Below are positions 37,604 through 50,998 of a DNA stretch of 64,000 nucleotides, one piece after another. Position 1 is the stretch's first letter. Every line of letters begins with the position of its first letter. The stretch is from the NCBI GenBank assembly GCA_965247455.1, contig CBDFHE010000017.1, positions 3,048 to 67,047 of the forward strand, read 5' to 3'. The position numbers were made by a program, and so were the translations under genes. The notes under the pieces are model-generated. The model ran no database searches, was not told where the DNA came from, and saw only the letters and a program-made list of their open reading frames with translations. The DNA comes from Candidatus Acidiferrales bacterium (GTDB taxonomy: Bacteria > Acidobacteriota > Terriglobia > Acidiferrales > 2-02-FULL-67-57).

Positions 37604-39256
37604 TCAAATACTCAAAGCCGACGGACGCACCTGCCGGCCCAACACAAATTCAAAAATTGCCCGCGAGACGTACACCGCCGTGAACAGATTGGCGAACAGG
37701 CCGATGGTCAGCGTGACCGCAAATCCCTTCACCGGCCCGGTGCCGAACATAAACAGGAAGATGGCGGCGATGATGGTGGTGGCATTGGTGTCGAAGATGG
37801 TGGTGAAGGCGCGGTCGAAGCCGTTCTCCATCGCCGCCACCACACTCTTGCCCACCCGCAGTTCTTCCCGGATACGCTCAAAGACCAGCACGTTGGCGTC
37901 CACCGCCATGCCGATGGTCAGCAGCACCCCGGCAATCCCCGGCAGCGTGAGCGTGGCGCCGAAGTAAGCCAGCACCGCCAGCAAAATCAGCAGGTTCAGC
38001 ACCAACGAAATCAGCGCGTTTATGCCCGACCGGTGGTAATAGAACAGCATGAAAAGCACCACGCCGACGAAGCCCACCGACACCGCCGTGAAGCCGGCGC
38101 GGATGGAGTCCGCCCCCAGCGACGGCCCCACCGTGCGCTCCTCCAGGTACTTGATTGACGCCGGCAGCGAACCCGAGCGCAACACCAACGCTAGGTCGGC
38201 CGCCTCTTGGAAGGTAAACGTCCCGGTGATGCGCCCCGAGTCGTCAATCCGGCTCTGGATGTTGGCCACCGAGCGGATGCGGTTGTCCAGCACCACCGCC
38301 AGCGGCCGCCCCACGTTGCGCTCGGTGAAGGGCCCAAAGCGGGCAGCGCCGTCGGTGCTGAGCGTGAAGTCAATCTCGTAGCTCCCCGGCATCTCCGGGT
38401 TCACCGCCGCGCGGGCGTTGCGTAGGTCGCGCCCGGTCACCACCGAGCTGCGGCTCACGACGTACCAACCGCTGGTGCCGGCCTCAAGTGAGCGCAGCAG
38501 CATGGTGTCCGGGGGCAGAATTCCGCCCCGGGTGCTCAGGGTCTCGCCCTCACTCCCAAACGGGCCGTCTTCCACCAGCTTGATCTCCAGCATGGCGGTG
38601 GATTGCAAAATGCTCTTCACCCGCGCCGGGTCGTCCACGCCCGGCAGTTGCACCAGGATTTCCCACTCGCCCCGGCCGTGCTCGGCAATGGTGGGCTCGC
38701 TCACCCCCAGGGCATCTATACGTTGCCGAATGGTCTGGATCGAGTTGCGCAGCGCTTCCTGCCGGACCTGAACCTGCAAGCTAGGAGTCATCTCCAGCAC
38801 GAAGCCGGATTGCTCGGTCGGCAAACTGCCCAGGGCGTAGGCGCCCCCGCCCACGGTGCTGGGGCTGGTGTAGTTCACTTGCAGGAAATCTCTCGCTTGC
38901 CCCAGTTGCTCGGCCGGGATGCCTGAAATCTGGATGTGGGTAGGGTCCGGCTTGCGGATGCTGCCGAAGCCGATGGCCTCTTCGCGCAGCAGCGTGCGCA
39001 GGCGCTCGGCCACCTGGTCGGTCTCCGAATTGATGGCTTCTGCCACCTGCACCTGCAAGATTAGGTGCATGCCGCCGCGCAGGTCGAGGCCCAGGTTGAT
39101 GCGGTCGCCCAAGTTGCCGCGCAACTCGTCGGTGCTGGTGGGGAAGGCGAACTGCGCCCCGCCGTCCGTCCCCTTGCGGAAGCACAGCAGCCCGAACAGG
39201 CAGACGAGGATGACGCCGAAGATCAGCGTCGCCTTCCAGCGGAGGTTCCGAGTCAT
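37604..39256 (-). CDS. secD: Protein translocase subunit SecD
   Basis: LGLDLRGG, LGVSEP, VQLPG, LRSGSLP, VGPSLG, GMAVDANVL. Confidence 0.96.
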   Translation of the reverse strand: MTRNLRWKATLIFGVILVCLFGLLCFRKGTDGGAQFAFPTSTDELRGNLGDRINLGLDLRGGMHLILQVQVAEAINSETDQVAERLRTLLREEAIGFGSIRKPDPTHIQISGIPAEQLGQARDFLQVNYTSPSTVGGGAYALGSLPTEQSGFVLEMTPSLQVQVRQEALRNSIQTIRQRIDALGVSEPTIAEHGRGEWEILVQLPGVDDPARVKSILQSTAMLEIKLVEDGPFGSEGETLSTRGGILPPDTMLLRSLEAGTSGWYVVSRSSVVTGRDLRNARAAVNPEMPGSYEIDFTLSTDGAARFGPFTERNVGRPLAVVLDNRIRSVANIQSRIDDSGRITGTFTFQEAADLALVLRSGSLPASIKYLEERTVGPSLGADSIRAGFTAVSVGFVGVVLFMLFYYHRSGINALISLVLNLLILLAVLAYFGATLTLPGIAGVLLTIGMAVDANVLVFERIREELRVGKSVVAAMENGFDRAFTTIFDTNATTIIAAIFLFMFGTGPVKGFAVTLTIGLFANLFTAVYVSRAIFEFVLGRQVRPSALSI

Positions 39257-39271
39257 AAGCGCGGGTGTGGA

Positions 39272-39619
39272 CTAACCCTTGGGCTCCTCCCCCGGGGCCT
39301 GCTGGTGGCCGGCAATGTGACTCCGCAGAATCTCCACCTTCACCTGCTCGGCGATGCGCAAGTGCACTGTGCTGCCCCGCAACGCCACGATGGTACCGTG
39401 GAGGCCCCCGCTGGTCACCACCTTGTCGCCGGTCTTCAGCGCCACCAGCATTGCTTGCTGGCGCTTGCGCTGCCGCTGCGCCGGACGAATCAGCAAGAAG
39501 TAGAAAATAACCAGGACAATCAGGAAGGGAAACAACGCCCCTATGATGCCGGGCTGCTGCTGCGCCTGCGCCAACCCCGCCACCGGAGACGCAAGCAAAA
39601 TACTGGCACCTTCGAGCAA
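39272..39619 (-). CDS. yajC: Preprotein translocase subunit YajC
   Basis: IFYFLLIRP, LKTGDKVVTSGGLHG. Confidence 0.93.
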   Translation of the reverse strand: MLEGASILLASPVAGLAQAQQQPGIIGALFPFLIVLVIFYFLLIRPAQRQRKRQQAMLVALKTGDKVVTSGGLHGTIVALRGSTVHLRIAEQVKVEILRSHIAGHQQAPGEEPKG

Positions 39620-39732
39620 GCGGAACCCCCTTCGGAGGAAAGTGAACCCGCCCCCGCTCCACGCGAACGGGGCGACCCAAACCAGAGAGGATGCCCGACG
39701 CTAACTCCTCTTGTCAAGCCGCGATTCCGCTT

Positions 39733-39933
39733 GGCTGTGGGTCTTTTTGAAAATGGGAAGCTCACGCCGAGCCCCGGGGCTTGTCCTGCCTGTCCCGAGC
39801 GTAGGCGAGGGAAGCGAAGCCGAAGGGCACCTGCCACGGGGCGCTTGTGCCGCTTTTCCGCCCGGCGGCCTGCCTGCGGTAGGCAGGCAGGTGCCCCGCT
39901 GGAAGGTACGGGACAGGCCGCCGGGCTCAGCGG
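39733..39933. mobile_element. Decayed copy of MITE family A carrying three inserted hairpin modules
   Basis: Colinear with 2525-2640 after removing inserts at ~39781-39828, 39869-39887 and ~39894-39917; right TIR not found. Confidence 0.75.
39869..39887. repeat. 19-nt hairpin micro-element
   Basis: CCTGCCTGCGGTAGGCAGG; absent at the same site of the intact MITE (2525-2666). Confidence 0.9.
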
Positions 39934-40013
39934 CCAACCAACAGTAGGCAAGCGGCGGGGCACAAGGCCCCGCCCTACCCCGCTGCTGGGCACAGAAACA
40001 GGTAGGGCAGGGG

Positions 40014-40032
40014 CTTGCCTGCCTCAGGTAGG
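40014..40032. repeat. 19-nt hairpin micro-element (variant)
   Basis: CTTGCCTGCCTCAGGTAGG interrupting GTAGGGCAGGGG|CTTGCC. Confidence 0.6.
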
Positions 40033-40122
40033 CTTGCCGAAGGGCCCCTGCGTTCTGCTCTTGGGAGAACACCCTCACGGCGACCGTGGAACCGAGCACG
40101 TGAGGTCTGCGACACCGAGGCG

Positions 40123-41723
<1,601 letters not shown>

Positions 41724-41769
41724 AAACATTTGCTTTTAGGTATAGACGTATATCAATGTGAGGTGACCC

Positions 41770-42584
41770 ATGAAAGCAACTGCAAACGAACAGAAAGAAA
41801 AAGTCCGCGCCGCCTACGGCGAAGTTGCCCGCACCCGCGACGCCCACACAGCCGCCGCCTGCTGCGAGCCGACCTGCTGCGCCTCATCCGGCCACGCGCC
41901 TGACTACAGCCCGGAGGAGATTGCCTCCGTCCCGCAAGGGGCCTACCTGGGTGAGGGCAGCGGCAACCCGATTCGCGCCGCCCGACTGCAACCGGGTGAG
42001 CGCGTAGTTGACCTGGGCTGCGGCGCGGGCATGGACACTTTTCTGGCCGCCAACCAGGTAGGAAAAGCTGGGCACGTCATCGGCCTCGACATGACGCCGG
42101 AGATGCTGGAGCGGGCACGCACCAACGCCGCCCGTAGCGACTATCCCCAGGTGGAGTTCCGCCAGGCGGACATCGAGCACCTGCCCCTCCCCCCAACTCC
42201 GCCGACGTGGTGCTGAGCAACTGTGTCATCAACCTGGCACCGGACAAAGCCGCCGTCTATCGCGAAATCTTCCGCGTGCTCAAGCCGGGCGGGCGATTCG
42301 CCGTGGCCGACATCGTGCTGCGCGGCGAGGCCGACCTGATTCACCAAGCAGCGGAGAAGCTGGCACCCGGCAGTTGCGTCGCGACCGCCTTGGAACAGAA
42401 CGCATACCTCGAAACTATTCGCGGCGCCGGGTTTGAGTCAGTGGAAATAGTGGCCGAGCGCCCGGCCCTCTCTCAGCCTCAAGTGGCCGAAGCAGCCCGG
42501 AAGCTCGGCTTCGATCCAGAAGACAAACGCGTGAGCGCGGAAGCGGTCACCCTGGTAGGGCGCAAGCCGGCCCAAGCCAACTAA
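41770..42584 (+). pseudogene. arsM: Arsenite methyltransferase-like gene split by a 1-bp deletion in a C-run
   Basis: VVDLGCGAGMD, IGLDMT, ADIEHLPLP then SADVVLSNCVINL, LKPGGRF, SCVA in another frame; C6 run at 42189-42194. Confidence 0.78.
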
Positions 42585-42604
42585 CCCATTCGAAAAACAC
42601 GAAA

Positions 42605-42634
42605 GCCCTCGGCGAACATAGGCTCGCCGAGGGC
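42605..42634. terminator. Hairpin between convergent arsM and rpoD
   Basis: Perfect 11-bp stem GCCCTCGGCGA/TCGCCGAGGGC, 8-nt loop; weak U-tracts. Confidence 0.55.
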
Positions 42635-42654
42635 CGAATTTTCCCGCCGACCGC

Positions 42655-44349
<1,695 letters not shown>

Positions 44350-44703
44350 TTTCCTCCACCCGTCTTGCTCCAAGGCGAACGGCCGGACGGCCTCCGCCGG
44401 GCCTGGGGGTTAATCGATTAAGATGGAAACAGTTATCAGGATTTCCTTCGATTCTCAGCGCGCCGACGCACCCCTCCACGACTCGCCACACTAGATTAGA
44501 TCGAACCAGCCGCCTAAACCTTCCGCCAAAACCTTTCTAAATTAGCAGGTAAGCCCGCCCGCCGTCAACTCGTCTCCGGCAAAGGTAGTGTCTTAATTTC
44601 ACACCGAGCCCCCAGGCCCCTGCCTGGGGGAAGCGAAAATCCCTGCGGCGGGGGCCGCAGGGCTCGGTGTGATTTGGGCCGAGTTCCGAATCGCTCAAAT
44701 TAA

Positions 44704-46373
44704 CCCGGATTTCCGATTTGGCTGTGGTACCGTATCGCCAGGACCAGTCGCTGCGCCTTGAGTTTTGGGGCTCCGACGTAAGGAACCACACTACGGAGGG
44801 TGACACCCGGTGGGTGAATTACAACACGAGCCATTCCAGTTCGCGTTCAACGGCTTCTTGAAAGTCGCGTTCCAGGGATCGCGCGTCACTTCTGACGCTG
44901 GCCTCATTCTGGTGCGCGAGTTGGATGAACGTCTGGGGCTGGAGACACTCATCGCCGAGCACCTGAGCGATTCCCGACAGGGGATGAACACCCAGTTCAG
45001 CGTGGTGGATCTCCTGCGGCAGTCGGTCTACAGTCGCCTCGCGGGCTACGAAGATCTCAACGACGCGGGGCGCGTGTCGGCAGACCCAACATTTCGTCTC
45101 ATCGGGTCGCCAAAGCGCTGGGACCGGGGTGCGGCGCTGACATCGACGCTGCATTGGTTCGAGACAGAGCTGCTGACCCACGAGGAGAATCTCGTCGGGT
45201 TGAGGGCCGTGAACCGGGAGGTGCTTGCACAGGCCGAGATGGCGACGCGCGCCGACCGGATCGTGCTCGACATGGATTCGAGCGAGAGCCCGGTGCATGG
45301 GGCGCAGGAAGGGAGCGCCTATAACGGGCACTTCGAGTCCGTCTGCTACCACCCGCTGTTTCTGTTCACCGAGCATGGGGACTGCCTCGCCGCCACGCTG
45401 CGGCCAGGCAACGTGCATAGCGCCGACGACTGGGACGACCTGCTCGTACCGGAGATTGACCGGCAGCAGGTGGAGGGCAAGCGCGTAGCGTTCCGCGCAG
45501 ACGCCGCGTTCGCGAAGCCCGAGATCTACGACGCGCTCGAGCAGCGCGACGTGGACTATGCCATTCGCATGCCGGCGAACAAGAGCTTGGAGCTGGAAAT
45601 CGAAGACATCCTCTTTCGTCCGCCGGGACGGCCGAGCTGCAAGCCCTTGGTGCGCTACCAGAGTTTCCGCTATCAGGCCAAGAGCTGGACCACGCCCAGA
45701 CGGATCGTCGCCAAGGTGGAGCACCACCAAGGTGAGCTGTTCCCTCGCGTCGGCTTCATCGTGACCAACACGGCCCTCCCGAGCCGCTCGGTCGTGCGGT
45801 TTTACAACAAGCGCGGTACGGCGGAGCAATGGATCAAGGAAGGCAAGCAGGCCACCCACTGGACGCGGCTGTCGTGCCATCGTTTCCGGGCGAACGAGGT
45901 GCGCCTGCAACTGAGCGTCCTGGCCTACAATCTGGGCAACTTGTGGCGCAGACTGGTCCTTCCGCTGCGGGTCAAGCGCTGGTCGCTCACGAGTCTCCAG
46001 CAGCGACTGGTGAAAACTGGGGGCCGGCTGGTGAAGCATGCGCGGTACTACTGGCTTCTGCTGGCGGAAGGGCATCTCACGCGGCGGCTGTTCGGCGACA
46101 TGCTGCGGAGGATCTGGGCGCTACCCGTGCCGGCAGGCTGACGCGCGGCCTGAAGTGCAACGAAGCCCGCCCGGCGATGACACGGGGCACACGTGTGGAG
46201 CGGTGTCTGAGAAATGCCCGAAAAGCAGGGGTTCCAGTCGGTCGCACGTCGGCGCGGGCTCAGATGAAGGCCTTTGAAGCTGAGCGATTGTGCGACGATC
46301 GAAGTTTTTGTGCGATCGGCGGCGATCGGGTGTATAAACGTGCCATCAGGGGCAGGCAAAACGGAAATCCCGG
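44704..46373 (+). mobile_element. IS1380-family insertion sequence
   Basis: 17-bp TIR CC(C/G)GGATTTCCG(A/T)TTTG; 5-bp TSD ATTAA (44699-44703, 46374-46378). Confidence 0.92.
44810..46141 (+). CDS. IS1380-family DDE transposase
   Basis: TSDAGL, GYEDLND, LDMDSS, YNGHF, FRADAAF, YNKRGTAEQWIKEGK. Confidence 0.95.
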   Translation: MGELQHEPFQFAFNGFLKVAFQGSRVTSDAGLILVRELDERLGLETLIAEHLSDSRQGMNTQFSVVDLLRQSVYSRLAGYEDLNDAGRVSADPTFRLIGSPKRWDRGAALTSTLHWFETELLTHEENLVGLRAVNREVLAQAEMATRADRIVLDMDSSESPVHGAQEGSAYNGHFESVCYHPLFLFTEHGDCLAATLRPGNVHSADDWDDLLVPEIDRQQVEGKRVAFRADAAFAKPEIYDALEQRDVDYAIRMPANKSLELEIEDILFRPPGRPSCKPLVRYQSFRYQAKSWTTPRRIVAKVEHHQGELFPRVGFIVTNTALPSRSVVRFYNKRGTAEQWIKEGKQATHWTRLSCHRFRANEVRLQLSVLAYNLGNLWRRLVLPLRVKRWSLTSLQQRLVKTGGRLVKHARYYWLLLAEGHLTRRLFGDMLRRIWALPVPAG

Positions 46374-46843
46374 ATTAAGACACTACCCCGGCAAATGGCA
46401 CTGGCGAACAATTCTGTTGAAAGTGAGGCGAGGAGGCCAGTAGCGACGAAGAAGCCGGAGGCTTCTTCGTCGGCTTTATCTCCCTCCAGAAACCGCCCTA
46501 TGCCGGAAAGCAACGCCAACTACCTGGTTTAAAATGGCTTAGCCCTGAACCCCCCGCAACCACGACCCCACAGACGCTGCAGCGAACTACCAGGGGGGTA
46601 TCTTCTCAACTTGCGGGATTAACTCGCTTAAAAGAAACTGCTTAGCGGCGGGAACTAGTTTCAAAATCATGTTTTTTTCTGCTTCTTTCCACCTCCTTCT
46701 CTGCCAGACGAGCCAGCGGCAATTCTTTCCGCCACCACCCCAGAATAGCTGAAATCCCCTCCCCGCTCAACCCGCACCCTCACTTTACTTTCAACAGAAA
46801 AACCTACAGACGGGAAGGAACTTGGCGAAGCTCAGACGGTGGG

Positions 46844-47119
46844 TTAGTCGGCGCCGGTCGGGGCCTCGCTGGGCTGCACGCTGATGTAGCGGCCCAGGTG
46901 GCCTTTTTTCTCGAACAGCACAATGCCGTTGGCGGTGGCGAAGAGGGTGTCGTCGCGGCCGCGGCCGACGTTGGCGCCGGCCTTGTAAGGCGTGCCGCGC
47001 TGGCGGACGAGGATGGAGCCGGCGTGCACCCACTGGCCGCCGAAGCGCTTGATGCCCAGCCGCTTGGCTTGGCTGTCGCGCCCGTTGGTGCTGCTGCCCT
47101 GACCTTTTTTGTGCGCCAT
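46844..47119 (-). CDS. rpmA: 50S ribosomal protein L27
   Basis: [22 protein letters not shown]...GRDDTLFA. Confidence 0.97.
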   Translation of the reverse strand: MAHKKGQGSSTNGRDSQAKRLGIKRFGGQWVHAGSILVRQRGTPYKAGANVGRGRDDTLFATANGIVLFEKKGHLGRYISVQPSEAPTGAD

Positions 47120-47122
47120 GGC

Positions 47123-47446
47123 TTACTCCGATGCGTGGCCGGAAATCGCAGTGATTTTGACCGCGGTGTAGGGCTGGCGGTGCCCGCGCATGATCTTGTA
47201 CTGGCTGTTCTTTTTGAACTTGAAGACGCGCACCTTGGCACCCTTGCCTTGCTCGACGATGGTGCCGCTGACTTTGGCCTTGGCCAGCAGGGGCGTACCG
47301 GTGGCGAGCTTGTTCTTTTCCTGCACCGCCAGCACTTCCTTGAAGGTGACTTTGCCGCCTGCCTTGCCGGGCAGGCTCTCGACGCGGATAACCTCGTCTT
47401 TGGCTACGCGGTACTGCTTGCCGCCGCTGCGAATGACTGCGTACAT
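47123..47446 (-). CDS. rplU: 50S ribosomal protein L21
   Basis: MYAVIRSGGKQYRV...GHRQPYTAVKI. Confidence 0.97.
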   Translation of the reverse strand: MYAVIRSGGKQYRVAKDEVIRVESLPGKAGGKVTFKEVLAVQEKNKLATGTPLLAKAKVSGTIVEQGKGAKVRVFKFKKNSQYKIMRGHRQPYTAVKITAISGHASE

Positions 47447-47621
47447 CAGAACTTCGGCTCCCCTTGCAAACAAGCCATTATAGGGGCGCTCGCGCCGGGT
47501 GTCAACGAGGTGTACTCGTCCAGTAGATTAGTGACACTTGGCCTCCTTTGATTGGGATTGCCACTGGGCCAGAAACTCGTGGGGAGTGAGGTAGCCCAGG
47601 GCTTGGTGCGGACGCACGGTG

Positions 47622-47640
47622 CCTGCCTGCCGCAGGCGGG
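47622..47640. repeat. 19-nt hairpin micro-element in transposase
   Basis: CCTGCCTGCCGCAGGCGGG; removal restores codons TAC AAC ACC GTG. Confidence 0.92.
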
Positions 47641-47837
47641 TTGTAGACGCGCTCCCACGCCTGCAACTCCTGATTGAGGGCCGCGATCTCCAGGGAGCAC
47701 TCCGTGACTTCACAAAACTCCTCCCGATGGGTGCGCTGGGCCCGCTCGACGCAGCCGTTGAGTTTGGGCGAGCGGGGCGGCAGCACGAACAGTTTCAACC
47801 CCCGCTGCTGGCAGGCCTCTTCGAAGACGGCGGCGAA

Positions 47838-47856
47838 CCTGCCTACCGCAGGCAGG
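47838..47856. repeat. 19-nt hairpin micro-element in transposase
   Basis: CCTGCCTACCGCAGGCAGG; removal restores AGT GAG TTC GCC. Confidence 0.92.
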
Positions 47857-48405
47857 CTCACTGCCGCCATTGACCTGCAGAGCTCGCAGCGGGAAGGGCA
47901 GGCGTTGCTGCAGGGTGTCGAGGAAGCGGGCCGCAGCGCTGGCCGTGGCTCGGCGGTGGACCTCGACCACGTCCCAGCGGCAGATTACAGCGCGAGCCGT
48001 AAAGTGCTTGAGGACCACGCCCGGCAGAGGCCGCAACTCCAGGGTATCGACTTGCACCAGATCGCCGGGCTGGGAGATGCAGTAATCCTTGGGCTTACGC
48101 ACGGCATAGGGCCGCCGCCCGCCGCGCCGGTGCGCGCGGACCGCCCGGCGGGGCGCTTCCACCAGCCGACCGCGCCTCTTCAGTTCCGTGAGGATGCGTC
48201 CCACCATCGAGGTGGACACCCCCACCCCTTCCCGGCGGAGCAAGACCACCAGTTTGCCTTCCCCCACCGGGGGCGCAACCGCCGCAGTCTCCGCACCCGT
48301 TCGGCCCACTGGGGGCTCCAGGTGGGCCGGCGTCAACGGTGGGGCCGGCGGAACCGCTCCTCCAGGCTCGCGAGGTGGTGGGGATCATAGCGGCGTTTCC
48401 AGCGG

Positions 48406-48424
48406 CCTGCCTGCCGCAGGCAGG
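48406..48424. repeat. 19-nt hairpin micro-element in transposase
   Basis: CCTGCCTGCCGCAGGCAGG; removal restores TTC TAC CGC TGG. Confidence 0.92.
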
Positions 48425-48686
48425 TAGAAGGTCGGCCGGCTGATCCCGAAGTGCCGGCAGGTCAGGGCCGCGTTGCGCCCCCGGGTGCGGTAGTAGTCCA
48501 TCCACTGCACCCGGACGCGAGCGGCCCGGCTCAATTCCACTCCGGCCCGCCCGTACGGGCGGGGTAGTCTTCTTGAGATGATTTGCATGGTGACACTCTA
48601 CCAAGAGTCACCCATCATTCTGAACGAGTACAAGCACGGTGAGAGGCGCGCACCCATTTGGCTGGGCTCGTGTAGAATAACTCGCG

Positions 48687-49967
48687 ATGCTGGAACTGGC
48701 CTACGTGCGCGAACACTTGGAGCGGGTCAAAAAAACTTTCCGCGACCGCGGCCTCGAGGGCGCGGCGTTGGATGAGTTCGTCGCGCGCGACCAGGAGCGG
48801 CGCGACGCCATCACCCAGGTGGAAACCCTGAAGGCGGAGCGCAACCGCGCCAGCGGGGAGATCGGGCGGCTGAAAAAAGAGGGCCAGGACGCCTCCGCTC
48901 TGATGGCGCAGATGAAAGAGACCTCCGCCCGCATCAAGCAACTGGACAAGCGCGCGGCCGAGCTGGACAAAGAAATGAGGGATTTTCTTTTGACGGTTCC
49001 TAACCTCCCGCACCAGAGCGTGCCGGTGGGCCGCTCCGTCGAAGACAACGCCGAAGTCCGGCGCTGGGGCGAGCCGCCCAAGTTCGACTTTGAGCCCAAG
49101 GCGCACTGGGAGTTGGGCCCGGCGCTGGGCATCCTGGACTTGGAGCGCGCGTCCAAGATTGCCGGGGCGCGCTTTGCGCTCTATTCGGGCCTGGGCGCCC
49201 GGCTGGAGCGGGCGCTGGCCAACTTCATGCTCGATCTCCACACCCGCAAGCACGGCTACACGGAAGTTCTGCCGCCGTTCATCGTCAACTCGACCTCGCT
49301 GGTGGGCACCGCCCAGTTGCCCAAGTTCGCCGCGGACCTGTTCAAGCTGGAAGGCACCGACTACTGGCTGATTCCCACCGCCGAGGTGCCGGTGACCAAC
49401 ATGTTTCGCGACGAAACCCTCGACGCCGACCAACTGCCGCTGAAGCTGGTGGCCTGGACGCCCTGCTTCCGCTCCGAGGCCGGCAGCTACGGCAAGGAGA
49501 CCCGCGGCATCGTGCGCCAGCACCAGTTCCAGAAAGTGGAACTGGTCAAGTTCGTCCGGCCGGAGCAGAGCTACGAGGAGCTGGAGTCGCTCACCCGCGA
49601 GGCGGAAACCATTTTGCAGCAGCTCGGTTTGCCCTATCGCGTGATGGCGCTCTCGACCGGCGACCTGGGCTTCGCCGCCGCCAAGACCTACGACCTGGAA
49701 GTGTGGCTGCCGGGGGAGAACAGCTACAAGGAGATTTCTTCCTGCTCGAACTTTGAGGCTTTTCAGGCGCGCCGCACCGGCATCCGCTATCGGCTGCCGG
49801 GCAAGAAGAAGAGCGACTACGTCCACACGCTGAACGGTTCCGGGCTGGCCATCGGACGCACCTGGATGGCACTGGTAGAAAACTATCAGCAGGCGGACGG
49901 CTCGGTGGTGGTTCCGGAGGTGTTGCGGCCCTACTTAGATGGCGTCAAGCGGCTGGAAGCGCGCTAG
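48687..49967 (+). CDS. serS: Serine--tRNA ligase
   Basis: [45 protein letters not shown]. Confidence 0.97.
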   Translation: MLELAYVREHLERVKKTFRDRGLEGAALDEFVARDQERRDAITQVETLKAERNRASGEIGRLKKEGQDASALMAQMKETSARIKQLDKRAAELDKEMRDFLLTVPNLPHQSVPVGRSVEDNAEVRRWGEPPKFDFEPKAHWELGPALGILDLERASKIAGARFALYSGLGARLERALANFMLDLHTRKHGYTEVLPPFIVNSTSLVGTAQLPKFAADLFKLEGTDYWLIPTAEVPVTNMFRDETLDADQLPLKLVAWTPCFRSEAGSYGKETRGIVRQHQFQKVELVKFVRPEQSYEELESLTREAETILQQLGLPYRVMALSTGDLGFAAAKTYDLEVWLPGENSYKEISSCSNFEAFQARRTGIRYRLPGKKKSDYVHTLNGSGLAIGRTWMALVENYQQADGSVVVPEVLRPYLDGVKRLEAR

Positions 49968-50157
49968 CTCATGCGGCAGACCGGGCTGCGGGGCGGGCAG
50001 GCGAGCGACGCTCGCCCTTCACCTTGACACTTCCACGTGGGGCACGATAGAAAGGCAGGGTGTTTCTCCGGGCAGGGGCTGCTCCTGCGCCGGGGAGTGG
50101 GGCCTGGGGGGCTAACATCGGGCCAGTTTCGTCCGATGGTAGAGGACAGGAGAATCA

Positions 50158-50976
50158 GTGGCACTTCAAACCGCCGAACTGGAAAGGGTTAAGGAGCAGA
50201 TTCGCGGCCTGGGCCGGCGCGACTGGCTGTGGTGGAGCCTGGGCTTGCTCTCCCTGTTGTTGGTCGGGGGCGGACTGATGCACCTGTTCCTTCGGCGCGC
50301 GCCCGATGCAGCCGCCAGGCCCGTGGAACTGACACTGGGGCAGGCGGTTGCCTACCTGTACGCGGTGGCGGTGGCGGTGGTGGCCTTCCAGATTTACAGC
50401 TTGTTGCGAAACAAGGAATCGCGAAAGAGGCAGGTGGAACTCCTGCTGGAGACGCTCAAGAACGAAGTGGGGCGTCTGGAGAGCCTGCGGGACCCCATGA
50501 CGCAGGTGTACAACCGCAACTGCTTGGACGAGCTACTGGCGATGGAGATCAGGCGCTCCGAGCGCTATACCAAGCCCTTTGCGGTCGTCTTGATGGACAT
50601 TGACAACTTCAAGAGCATCAACGACCGCTTTGGCCACTTGAAGGGCGATTACGTGCTCATGGAGGTTGCTCAGATCCTTCGCACCTGCGTGCGCGGGGCC
50701 GACTACATCATCCGGTACGGGGGCGACGAATTTATCCTGCTGCTTCCCGATACCGATCAGGAGGGCGCAGAAATAGTTGTGGAGCGTCTCCAGAAAAAGA
50801 TCACAGATTGGGACACTCGCAACGAAGAGGGACGCTTTGAGCTGACCATCAGCGCCGGCATCAGTATATTCACCCAAGGGAGGGAAGCCTCCGAACTCGT
50901 CACCGAGGCCGACCAGCGAATGTACGAAGTGAAGCAGAGCCGCGCCTCCGCCTCCAGCACCCAAGCTACCCCGTAG
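50158..50976 (+). CDS. Membrane-anchored diguanylate cyclase
   Basis: Two TM helices; DPMTQVYNR, DIDNFKSINDRFGH, RxxD I-site, RYGGDEF. Confidence 0.92.
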   Translation: MALQTAELERVKEQIRGLGRRDWLWWSLGLLSLLLVGGGLMHLFLRRAPDAAARPVELTLGQAVAYLYAVAVAVVAFQIYSLLRNKESRKRQVELLLETLKNEVGRLESLRDPMTQVYNRNCLDELLAMEIRRSERYTKPFAVVLMDIDNFKSINDRFGHLKGDYVLMEVAQILRTCVRGADYIIRYGGDEFILLLPDTDQEGAEIVVERLQKKITDWDTRNEEGRFELTISAGISIFTQGREASELVTEADQRMYEVKQSRASASSTQATP

Positions 50977-50998
50977 TCTCCTTTTTTCTGGATTGGTC

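Larger units (their letters stand above)
44584..46387. mobile_element. MITE family B (~129 bp) interrupted by IS1380
   Basis: 16-bp TIR GGTAGTGTCTTAATTT, perfect once IS1380 is removed; 8-bp TSD CCGGCAAA (44576-44583, 46388-46395); second copy at 59378-59507. Confidence 0.88.
47528..48588 (-). pseudogene. IS481 transposase pseudogene
   Basis: HTH (CRHFGISRPTFYRW), VQVDT, QVNGGSEF, PRSPKLNGCVER, YNTVRPHQAL after removing three 19-nt inserts; also a TGA at 48333-48335 and a 1-bp deletion near 48255. Confidence 0.88.
47511..48632 (-). mobile_element. Degenerate IS481-family element
   Basis: Ends TGTACTCGTCCAG / CTGAACGAGTACA; no TSD evident. Confidence 0.82.

Noticed and set aside
48333-48335. 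In-frame TGA in the IS481 transposase as selenocysteine
   Set aside because: Not at a Cys-type position, no convincing SECIS, and the gene has several other lesions.
47528-48588. The three 19-nt inserts as tiny introns or programmed bypass signals keeping the transposase functional
   Set aside because: Even after removing all three, an in-frame TGA and a 1-bp deletion remain.
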